From the NCBI GenBank assembly GCA_028866275.1, contig JAGWIK010000001.1, forward strand, positions 63,524-127,523: a stretch of DNA of 64,000 bases. Direction: 5' to 3'. Positions 56,433 through 64,000 of the stretch are shown in pieces (the first letter of the stretch is position 1; the number at the start of each line of letters is the position of its first letter). The notes below the pieces were generated by a model. That model did not search any database, was not told where the DNA came from, and worked only from the letters and a program-made list of their open reading frames with translations. Origin of the DNA: Alphaproteobacteria bacterium. GTDB lineage: Bacteria > Pseudomonadota > Alphaproteobacteria > UBA9219. Both the position numbers and the translations under genes were made by a program.

Positions 56433-56999
56433 ATGAAACTTGAACCGTCCAAAACAGCCATCCTGACGCTTGACCTGCAACAGGGGATATTGGCGATGGC
56501 CAGCGGCTACGAAAGCGTTATCCCCAACGCATCGAAGATTGTGAGTTTTGCCCGCAAGAAAAACTACCAGATTATTCATGTGGGGCTTGGCTTCTCCGAA
56601 GGTCATCCGGAAGTTCCCGATTTGGATTCGCCTTTTCTGAAGGCAAAACAAAATAATCTTTTCGTCAAAGGAAGTCCGTCGGCGGAATTTCACGGCGCGA
56701 TTATTCAGCCCAACGATTTGGTTATCTACAAACAACGCATAAGCGCCTTTTCCGAAAATCATCTGAACTTAACCCTGCGCGCGCGCGGCATCGAAAATCT
56801 GGTTCTCTTTGGCGTTGCCACCAGCGGTATCGTCTTGGCGACCGTTACCAGAGCGTTCGATCTGGATTTCAGGCTCACCGTCATTCACGACGCCTGTTTC
56901 GATGCGGATGCAGAAGTGCATCGTGTGTTAACCGAAAAAGTGTTCACGAAACGCGGAACGGTTACCGCAACGGACACTTTTATCTCTGAAAACGAATAA
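56433..56999 (+). CDS. Isochorismatase / cysteine hydrolase family protein
   Basis: LDLQ, KQRISAF, GVATSGIV and DAC motifs. Confidence 0.88.
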   Translation: MKLEPSKTAILTLDLQQGILAMASGYESVIPNASKIVSFARKKNYQIIHVGLGFSEGHPEVPDLDSPFLKAKQNNLFVKGSPSAEFHGAIIQPNDLVIYKQRISAFSENHLNLTLRARGIENLVLFGVATSGIVLATVTRAFDLDFRLTVIHDACFDADAEVHRVLTEKVFTKRGTVTATDTFISENE

Positions 57000-57015
57000 C
57001 CAAGGGAGGTTCGGC

Positions 57016-57342
57016 ATGAACTGGACAGACTGCATTGCTTATTTCTTTGGCGGTATCTTTTTCGCCAATGCCATTCCGCATATGGTCAGCGGCATGATGG
57101 GGCGCGCTTTTCAAAGCCCCTTTGCCAAGCCGTCCGGGGAAGGGCTGTCGTCATCTACCGTTAATGTTCTCTGGGGTTTCTTTAACATGGGGCTGGCGTA
57201 TCTTCTTGTTTTGCATGTCGGGACTTTCGACCTGCATTCCGCCCCGGATGTTTTCGCGATGGGAACCGGGGCTTTCCTGATTGCCCTTTTCAGCGCGCGG
57301 CATTTTGGAAAATTTAACGGCGGCAATTCTCTTCAAGCCTAG
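57016..57342 (+). CDS. Small membrane protein
   Basis: GGAGG RBS; NAIPH..G, FQSPFA.P and NVLWG motifs; three TM helices. Confidence 0.8.
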   Translation: MNWTDCIAYFFGGIFFANAIPHMVSGMMGRAFQSPFAKPSGEGLSSSTVNVLWGFFNMGLAYLLVLHVGTFDLHSAPDVFAMGTGAFLIALFSARHFGKFNGGNSLQA

Positions 57343-57358
57343 GGTCAGGACCTATTTA

Positions 57359-58207
57359 TCATTCGGCGAGCCATTTAATCGTCGTGCCTGCATATGTTGT
57401 TTTCATCGCCGCATGCAGGGCGGGAAACAGGGCGGATAATTGTTCGTCGAGTTTCCATGGCGGGTTGATGATGATCAATCCGCTGCCGTTCAGCCGGTCG
57501 GCGCGGGTTTCGGGTTCGTAAATAAATTCGGCGCACAAAATCTTGCCGATGCCGGTTTTTGCCAGCGCCTCGTGAAATTTCCATAAAGCCGGCCGGTCTT
57601 TGACCGGATACCACACCATATAAATGCCGGTCGGCCATTTTCGATGCGCCGCGGCGACGCGTTCGACCAGCGTGTCGAATTCGTCCGGTTGTTCAAAAGG
57701 CGGGTCGACCAGAATCAGCCCGCGTTTTTCCGGCGGCGGCAGAAACGCGCCCAGCGCTTCGTACCCGTCGCGGCGATGAATGCGGAAACGCGGGTCGGCG
57801 GGGCTGTTGAGGCGCAAGGCTTCGGCATCTTCGGGATGCAGTTCGCAGACCTCCAGCCTGTCTTGCGGGCGCAGCATATGAAAGGCGATCAGCGGCGAAC
57901 CCGGATAGGTGCGAAAACCCCCGGCGCGCGCGCCGTCCCATGCGGGGTTAACCTTGCGCAGCACGGCGGTATAATCCGCCAGCGCAGGCAGGGGGGCGGC
58001 ATTCAGCAGGCTTTTGATTCCGGCATCAGCCTCGCCGGTTTTGGCGGCGCGCGGGTCCGCGAGGTCGTAAAGCCCGACGCCGCCATGGGTGTCGATAACG
58101 GCAAAGCCTTTGTCCTTGGCGCGCAAATGGGCCAAAATAAGGGTCAGGGCCGCGTGTTTGACGATGTCGCAGCGGTTGCCGGCGTGGAAGATATGGCGGT
58201 AATTCAT
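57359..58207 (-). CDS. rlmJ: 23S rRNA (adenine2030-N6)-methyltransferase
   Basis: MNYRHIFHAGN, YPGSP, ELHP, DPPFE and WYPVK motifs. Confidence 0.96.
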   Translation of the reverse strand: MNYRHIFHAGNRCDIVKHAALTLILAHLRAKDKGFAVIDTHGGVGLYDLADPRAAKTGEADAGIKSLLNAAPLPALADYTAVLRKVNPAWDGARAGGFRTYPGSPLIAFHMLRPQDRLEVCELHPEDAEALRLNSPADPRFRIHRRDGYEALGAFLPPPEKRGLILVDPPFEQPDEFDTLVERVAAAHRKWPTGIYMVWYPVKDRPALWKFHEALAKTGIGKILCAEFIYEPETRADRLNGSGLIIINPPWKLDEQLSALFPALHAAMKTTYAGTTIKWLAE

Positions 58208-58299
58208 GGAGGCTGGAGGCTGAAGTTGAGTGTGTTATAATGCGGAATCATTTATAAAACGAATCATTCGCCTTTATAACCTCCAACCCCCGTTTTGAA

Positions 58300-59136
58300 A
58301 TGCGCAAATATCTTTTCCTTGCCTCCGCCGCCTGTCTGGCCCTTGCCGTCGGCGCGACCTCTGCCGAGGCTGCGGCGTCCTGCGCCCCGCACCGCGTGAC
58401 GCATCACCATTATCATCACGTTTATCACCACCACATCCGCCATTATGGCCATCGTCACGTTGGGGCAGGCAGCGACATTATTCGCGTCGCGCAACGCGAA
58501 TTGGCCGATCTTGGCTATTACGGCGGCAAGATCGACGGCATCATGGGGCCGCAAACGCGGGAAGCCATCAAGAATTTCCAACGCGCCAACGGGCTGGTGG
58601 TTGACGGCGTTGTCGGGCCGAAAACCCGCGCCGCGCTGGCCGCGGCCGATACGGCGTCGGTCGCGCCACCGGCCGCGACGCCCGCGGTTTATGGCGACGC
58701 GACGGTTAACCCTGCTTTCGCGCCCGACCTGAATGGCGGGACGAAAACGCTGACCAGCCGTTTTGCCCAGGTTGTCGTCACCGAAACCGGTTCGGGTGCG
58801 GACAAACGCTATACCGTGACATTGAACGGGCAGACGGTGTTGACCGCCGACGGGCAACCGTCGGTCATCGGCATGTCGCAAACTTTCAGCCTTGACGACG
58901 AAGACGCTATTATCTTCACCAGCTATAGCCCCAGCGATACCGGATGCATGTACCGCACCCATGTGTTGGTGATGGCCAGCGCGGGCAGCAAGATTCTGGA
59001 AGCCGGTAACTGCACGCATGATTATACCGCGCGCGTCGATAACAACTCGCTGTATATCACCTTCCCCGAACATGACGATGCGCGGGCGGTCGGCGCGGTG
59101 TGGCGTCTGGAAGGAATGAATTTGAACCGGCTGTGA
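58300..59136 (+). CDS. Secreted peptidoglycan-binding domain protein with a His-rich N-terminus
   Basis: Signal peptide; PG_binding_1 pattern LGYY...DGIMGPQTREAIKNFQ...GLVVDGVVGPKT. Confidence 0.85.
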   Translation: MRKYLFLASAACLALAVGATSAEAAASCAPHRVTHHHYHHVYHHHIRHYGHRHVGAGSDIIRVAQRELADLGYYGGKIDGIMGPQTREAIKNFQRANGLVVDGVVGPKTRAALAAADTASVAPPAATPAVYGDATVNPAFAPDLNGGTKTLTSRFAQVVVTETGSGADKRYTVTLNGQTVLTADGQPSVIGMSQTFSLDDEDAIIFTSYSPSDTGCMYRTHVLVMASAGSKILEAGNCTHDYTARVDNNSLYITFPEHDDARAVGAVWRLEGMNLNRL

Positions 59137-59194
59137 TCTTTGGTCGTTTCGTTCGTTGTGTCTGGCTTTTTCCTTTCATTAGGTTCTGACCCTA

Positions 59195-59377
59195 AAAATA
59201 GAAGCGCGCGCTTCCGGCATCCTACCTGTCGGTACAGGCTGTCGGCAGCCCCGGCGCTTTGACCTTTTTGCCCCCGGAATCTGCAGCTTGGCGGGGAAGG
59301 ACGCGGCACCGGTATCCTCGCCTTTGTCGCGGCGAGAATATGGGATAATTCATACACCATATATGGGAAATATGCAA
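59195..59377 (-). ncRNA. Candidate small RNA or orphan leader with its own promoter
   Basis: TTGCAT-17 bp-TATGAA on the minus strand, several hairpins, terminal GAAGCGCGCGCTTC followed by TATTTTT. Confidence 0.3.
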
Positions 59378-59431
59378 GATATTTTTGGGGCTGAATTTTA
59401 AAGCGCCGGATAGGGCGGGATAACGCAGACC

Positions 59432-61978
59432 CTAAGCTGCTTTCTTCTTCGGCCAGGCATTGACGGTGGCCATGGCGATTGCGGCCCAATAGGGCAGGGT
59501 TTGCACCAACAGCATGCCCGCCCACAAATCGGCATTCTGGTTCTGGGTGGTGAATTTCCACAAAATGATCCAGGCGCAGGACAAAAGCGCGAGCAGAAGC
59601 CCCAATTCTTCGCGCGCCATCAAAAACGCCTGCATCGCCGCGGGTTTGTCTTCGCATTTGGGCGTGCGGAAAAACGGTTTGCCTGACGTGAACATGCCTT
59701 GCCACATGGCGCGGGCCACGGCGTGGCTTAACGCCATGCCGGCGACCGCGGCGCCGATGCGGTCGGCCATTCCGCATTTGACGCGGGCATGATACAGCCA
59801 CAGGCCAGCGACGATTTTGAACACAAAGACGCTGAGCGTCGGGACAAGGAACACGGCGGGCGGGAATTCGACCCAGTGCAGCATCAGCAAGACCGACCAT
59901 AAAATGGCCGCCGTCGCGAAGACGATATGCGCGGCGTCGGCGAACCACGGCATCCAGCCGGAAATGAAATGGTATTTCTGCCCTTGCGTCAGGCTGTCGC
60001 CTTCGGCCAGCGCGCGCCAGTGATGTTTCAGGATCTGCGCCGCGCCATAGGCCCAGCGGAAACGCTGGGTTTTATAGGCGCTGAAATTGTCGGGCATCAG
60101 CCCGCGGCCCAGCGACGCGTCCATATAGACGGCTTCATGGCCGTTTTCGAACAGGCGCAGGCCCAGTTCGGCATCTTCGCAAATGCACCATTCGGCCCAG
60201 CCGCCGACCTGTTGCAGCGTCGATTTGCGGATCAATGTCATCGTGCCGTGCTGGATAATGGCGTTGCGTTCGTTGCGTTGAACCATGCCGATATGGAAAA
60301 ATCCGGCATATTCCCAATAGCACATGCGTTTGAACAAGGTTTCGCCGCCGTCGCGGTAATCCTGCGGCGCCTGGACAAAGGCGACTTCGGCGCGGTCGAA
60401 ATAGGGCACGGTGGCGCGCAGCCAGTTGGGCGAGACGATATAGTCGCTGTCGATAACGCCGACAACCGCGGCATCGGGCGCGGTTTCTTTCAGGCCGAAA
60501 TTCAGCGCGCCGGCTTTGTAGCCCGGCCAGTCGGCCAGATGGAAGAAGCGGAATTTCGGCCCCAGTTTGGCGCAATGTTCCTGCAACGGCTTCCATACCG
60601 CGTCGTCCTTGGTGTTGTTGTCGATGACCAGAACTTCGTAATTGGGGTAATCGAGCGCGGCCAGCGCGTTCAGCGTTTCGATCACCATATGCGGCGGTTC
60701 GTTATAGCACGGCAGATGGATGGAAACTTTGGGCGCGTCGGGCGGCGGCGTCCAGTCGGTGCGCGGTTCGAAATAACGACGATGGCCGCGCGACCATAAA
60801 ACTTCGGCCAGTTCATAGCCGTCGACCAGCAAAAGGGCCAACAAAACGCCTTGCGCGCCCAGCAAGACGCACCACACCACGGTGTCGCCGTTGATGATGC
60901 GTTCGGCGATCGCGGCCATGATGGCCCAGACAAAGATGCTGGCCACGGCCTGAATGAGTCCTGCGTAAAAAAGCTGGCCCTTGAAACGCAGATAATGTTT
61001 GCGCCGCACGAACCATTGGATAGGCAGGAAGGCCAGCAGCGAGGCGAAGGCATAGCCTTGCAGCCAGCGCGCGGATTCGGTGATCGACCCGCTCATGGAA
61101 AATTTCGGCGTGCCGTCCGCCGTCCATAATCCCCAATGCGCGCCGACCGTGCCTTCGATGCTGCGTTTCCACGGCTGGTCGAAGGATTCGACGATGGAGT
61201 AATCGAGCCGGTCGGCGCTGGCGGTATTCAGGAAGTCGCGGATGAATTTGGCTTCGTTGACCAATGACGGTTCGGCGCCGCGCACCCATTGCCCTTCGGA
61301 CGGCCAGCCGACTTCGCCGATAAAGATATGCTTGTTAGGGAACGCGGTGGCGAGCTGGCGATAACGATACATGACATAGGCCATGGCGTCGCTTTCGGGA
61401 ATGCCTTCCCAATAAGGCAGGATATGCACGGTGATGAAGTCGACGCTGTCGGCCAGCTGCGGGTATTTAAGCCAGACATGCCACGGCTCGGCGGTCGAAA
61501 CCGGAATGGATGTCTGGCGCTTGGCTTCGTCGATATAGCCGATCAACTGGTCGACGGTGACGTCGGTGCGCAGGATGGATTCGTTGCCGACGATCAATCG
61601 TTTGACGTTGGGATTGGCGCGCGCGACATCGATGGCATGGGTCAATTCTTCTTCGTTATGGGCTTTGTCGGGCGATATCCACGCGCCCAGATTGACATCG
61701 ATGCCGTGCCGCGCGGCGATGGGCACGATGCGGTCCAGCCCGTCGCCGACGCCATAGGTGCGGATGGTCGAGACATGGCCCTGCAAAATCGACATGTCGT
61801 GGTCGATCTGGGCGTCGGTCAGGTAATGGTCTTTGTCGCCTTCCTGATAACCGCTGTAGGACAGGCCGTTGATGACGCCGCCCCAGGCGCGTTCGGACAC
61901 GCTTTGATTGACGGCGGCCCAGATGATGAAGTTGGCCAGAAGGACAAAGGCGGTAATAGACAGGACGCGTGGGATCAT
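59432..61978 (-). CDS. GH17-GT2 fusion, NdvB-like beta-(1,3)-glucan synthase
   Basis: GH17-like IRTY, VGNE, HILPYWEG, GEVGWPS and FDQPWK; GT2 DNN, KAGALN, DSD, EDAELG and QRFRW. Confidence 0.92.
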   Translation of the reverse strand: MIPRVLSITAFVLLANFIIWAAVNQSVSERAWGGVINGLSYSGYQEGDKDHYLTDAQIDHDMSILQGHVSTIRTYGVGDGLDRIVPIAARHGIDVNLGAWISPDKAHNEEELTHAIDVARANPNVKRLIVGNESILRTDVTVDQLIGYIDEAKRQTSIPVSTAEPWHVWLKYPQLADSVDFITVHILPYWEGIPESDAMAYVMYRYRQLATAFPNKHIFIGEVGWPSEGQWVRGAEPSLVNEAKFIRDFLNTASADRLDYSIVESFDQPWKRSIEGTVGAHWGLWTADGTPKFSMSGSITESARWLQGYAFASLLAFLPIQWFVRRKHYLRFKGQLFYAGLIQAVASIFVWAIMAAIAERIINGDTVVWCVLLGAQGVLLALLLVDGYELAEVLWSRGHRRYFEPRTDWTPPPDAPKVSIHLPCYNEPPHMVIETLNALAALDYPNYEVLVIDNNTKDDAVWKPLQEHCAKLGPKFRFFHLADWPGYKAGALNFGLKETAPDAAVVGVIDSDYIVSPNWLRATVPYFDRAEVAFVQAPQDYRDGGETLFKRMCYWEYAGFFHIGMVQRNERNAIIQHGTMTLIRKSTLQQVGGWAEWCICEDAELGLRLFENGHEAVYMDASLGRGLMPDNFSAYKTQRFRWAYGAAQILKHHWRALAEGDSLTQGQKYHFISGWMPWFADAAHIVFATAAILWSVLLMLHWVEFPPAVFLVPTLSVFVFKIVAGLWLYHARVKCGMADRIGAAVAGMALSHAVARAMWQGMFTSGKPFFRTPKCEDKPAAMQAFLMAREELGLLLALLSCAWIILWKFTTQNQNADLWAGMLLVQTLPYWAAIAMATVNAWPKKKAA

Positions 61979-62054
61979 GATGCCAAGGCTGAAAAAGGTT
62001 TCGGCAAGGCTACACCGGCACTGTGTCTTTTTCGAGGGGGAATTAACGCCCGGT

Positions 62055-62675
62055 TTAGCCCGGGCCCATTTCCTTGGATTTCGCGCCTAACGAATTGACC
62101 AGCGCATCGATGCCGTCGCGGCGGGCGATGGATGAAAATTCGGCGCGACGGGTGGCCATCTGGCTGATGGTGCCGTCCAGATAAACGTCGACGACGCGGT
62201 ATTTGCCTTTGGCGTCGGGGCGCATGAGGTAATCAAGCGAGACGGGGTCGCCTGCCTTGGGTTTCAATTCGCTTTCGACGATGACGCCGTTTGGGGTTTT
62301 CTTTTCGCCGGTGACGGTAAAAGTTTCGCCGTCGTCGCTGGCGAACTGGCTGGCATAGGTGGCGACGCTGAATTCGGAAAAAGCGTCGATCAGGTCGGCT
62401 TTTTCCTGCGCCGACGCGCTGTCCCAGCTCGCGCCCACCGACATTTGCGCCATCAGGGGCAGGTTGAAGGTGGCGCGGATGACGGGATCGAGTTTTTGAC
62501 AACGGCCCGCGAAACCCAGCGCGTCACCTTGTTTAATGGTGGCGGTCAGCTGCGCGTAGAACGCGCGGATCGTCGCGGCAGGGCCGGTTTCCGCGTGGGC
62601 GGCTGCGGACACAGCGAGCACGGCTATAAAACCGATCGCGACGATGCCTTTGCGTAAGAGGGCTGCTGCTTTCAT
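62055..62675 (-). CDS. MlaC/Ttg2D family periplasmic lipid-binding protein (HpnM-like)
   Basis: Signal peptide; ATYASQF, LDYLMR and VVDVYLDGTISQMATRRAEF motifs. Confidence 0.85.
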   Translation of the reverse strand: MKAAALLRKGIVAIGFIAVLAVSAAAHAETGPAATIRAFYAQLTATIKQGDALGFAGRCQKLDPVIRATFNLPLMAQMSVGASWDSASAQEKADLIDAFSEFSVATYASQFASDDGETFTVTGEKKTPNGVIVESELKPKAGDPVSLDYLMRPDAKGKYRVVDVYLDGTISQMATRRAEFSSIARRDGIDALVNSLGAKSKEMGPG

Positions 62676-62687
62676 GCCTTGCCGCCT

Positions 62688-64000
62688 TTAGCCGCCGACA
62701 ACCGCGGCGGCGATGTCGATTTCGGAATGGCCCAAAGCTTCCAGCGCGCGGGCGACGATATGGTTGGCCGTCAATCCTGCCTGGTCATATTGTTTTTCGG
62801 GCTTGTCCTGATCCTGGAAAATATCGGGCAGGGTCATGGCGCGGATTTTCAGCCCTTTATCCATCATGCCGAGATTGGCGAGGTGATGGACGACATGGCT
62901 GCCGAAACCGCCGATGCTGCCTTCTTCAATCGTGATGACGACTTCGTGTTCGCGGGCCAGACGCTGGATCAGATCCATATCCAACGGCTTGGCGAAACGC
63001 ATATCGGCAATGGTCGTGCTGACGCCGCGGGCGTCCAGCGTTTCCGCCGCCTTGCGGCATTCGGTGATGCGCGTGCCAAGATTCAAAAGCGCAACCTTGG
63101 ATCCTTCCTTGACGATGCGGCCTTTGCCGATGGGCAGAACCCGGCCGCGCGCGGGGCGGGCGACGCCGGTGCCTTCGCCGCGCGGGTAACGCAGCGCGGT
63201 GGGGGCGTCGTCAATCGCGGCGCAGGTTGCGACCATGTCGGTCAATTCGGCTTCGTCCGATGCCGCCATGATGATGATGCCGGGCAAACAGCCCAGATAG
63301 GCCAGATCGAACGAACCGGCATGCGTCGCGCCGTCGGCGCCGACCAGGCCGGCGCGGTCCATCATAAAGCGCACGGGCAGTTTTTGCAGGACGACGTCAT
63401 GCATCAGCTGGTCATAGCCGCGTTGCAGGAAGGTCGAATAGATGGCGCAGAACGGTTTGAACCCTTCGCAGGCCAGGCCGGCGGCAAAGGTCACCGCATG
63501 CTGTTCCGCGATGCCGACATCGAATGTGCGGTCGGGGAATTTTTTGCCGAAGATATCCAGCCCCGTGCCCGACGGCATCGCGGCGGAAATGGCCAGAATG
63601 CGGTTGTCGTGTTCGGCTTCGGTGATAAGCGCTTCGGCAAAAGCCTTGGTGTAGGTCGGCGGCGATGCGGGTTTCGGCTTGGCGGCTTCGGCGGCCTTTT
63701 CCGCTTCGGTTTTGACGATGTTGAATTTGGGCGCGACGGCGTGCAGTTTGTCGGCGGCTTTTTCCGCCGGTTGATAGCCGTGGCCTTTTTGCGTGACGAC
63801 GTGGATCAGAACCGGGCCGCCGGTAGGGTCGTCGCGCAGATTTTCCAGAACCGGCACAAGATGGTCGAGATTATGGCCGTCGATGGGGCCGACATAATAG
63901 AAGCCCAGTTCTTCGAACAGCGTGCCGCCGGTGACCATGCCGCGGGCATAGCGTTCCGCCTTGCCCGCCGCTTCTTTCAGGCGGCGCGGGAACAGATCGG
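62688..64000 (-). CDS. dxs: 1-deoxy-D-xylulose-5-phosphate synthase (5' end outside the window)
   Basis: [51 protein letters not shown] and RFAKPLD motifs. Confidence 0.97.
   Translation of the reverse strand, partial: DLFPRRLKEAAGKAERYARGMVTGGTLFEELGFYYVGPIDGHNLDHLVPVLENLRDDPTGGPVLIHVVTQKGHGYQPAEKAADKLHAVAPKFNIVKTEAEKAAEAAKPKPASPPTYTKAFAEALITEAEHDNRILAISAAMPSGTGLDIFGKKFPDRTFDVGIAEQHAVTFAAGLACEGFKPFCAIYSTFLQRGYDQLMHDVVLQKLPVRFMMDRAGLVGADGATHAGSFDLAYLGCLPGIIIMAASDEAELTDMVATCAAIDDAPTALRYPRGEGTGVARPARGRVLPIGKGRIVKEGSKVALLNLGTRITECRKAAETLDARGVSTTIADMRFAKPLDMDLIQRLAREHEVVITIEEGSIGGFGSHVVHHLANLGMMDKGLKIRAMTLPDIFQDQDKPEKQYDQAGLTANHIVARALEALGHSEIDIAAAVVGG

Noticed and set aside
59022-59948. 308-aa minus-strand ORF crossing the candidate sRNA region
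   Set aside because: It is mostly an alternative frame of the glucan synthase, overlaps the opposite gene and has no protein-like features.
62043-62057. TTAA-N7-TTTA CtrA-like site upstream of the glucan synthase (similar weak match near 48720)
   Set aside because: Imperfect single matches in AT-rich spacers that cannot be distinguished from chance.

Overview
A GC-rich, densely packed chromosomal segment from an alphaproteobacterium, probably Rhodospirillales-like. The assignment is inferred from gapR, addAB-murU-amgK, nadQ-nadABC and the rpsT-dnaA gene order. Most of the window is housekeeping: trxA, amtB, kdsB, gapR, mltB, dnaA, rpsT, prs, rplY, pth, trhO, addAB, bamA-skp, mltA, rsmI, rlpA-dacA-tmk-holB, nadABC, thrS, rlmJ and a partial dxs. 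Accessory content includes a Gtr-like three-gene glycosylation cassette, a DUF1800/DUF1501 plus higBA block between nadQ and nadABC, a MarR/MFS/isochorismatase islet after thrS, and a GH17-GT2 glucan synthase. I saw no rRNA, tRNA, CRISPR array or transposase. Best leads: (1) two adjacent, convergent, intact genes that both look like pseudo-enzymes, a GT4 missing its catalytic motifs and an ArsC/LMW-PTP with a Cys-to-Ser nucleophile; (2) a predicted pseudoknot leader upstream of rplY; (3) an orphan promoter with an NrdR-like box driving a possible ~150-nt sRNA; (4) a TetR-linked secreted protein with GGWGH repeats; (5) palindromic inserts read in frame inside nadA and nadB; (6) a histidine phosphatase coupled to kdsB. 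All calls come from motif recognition by eye. No searches were run, and several starts were adjusted from the ORF track using RBS and overlap evidence.
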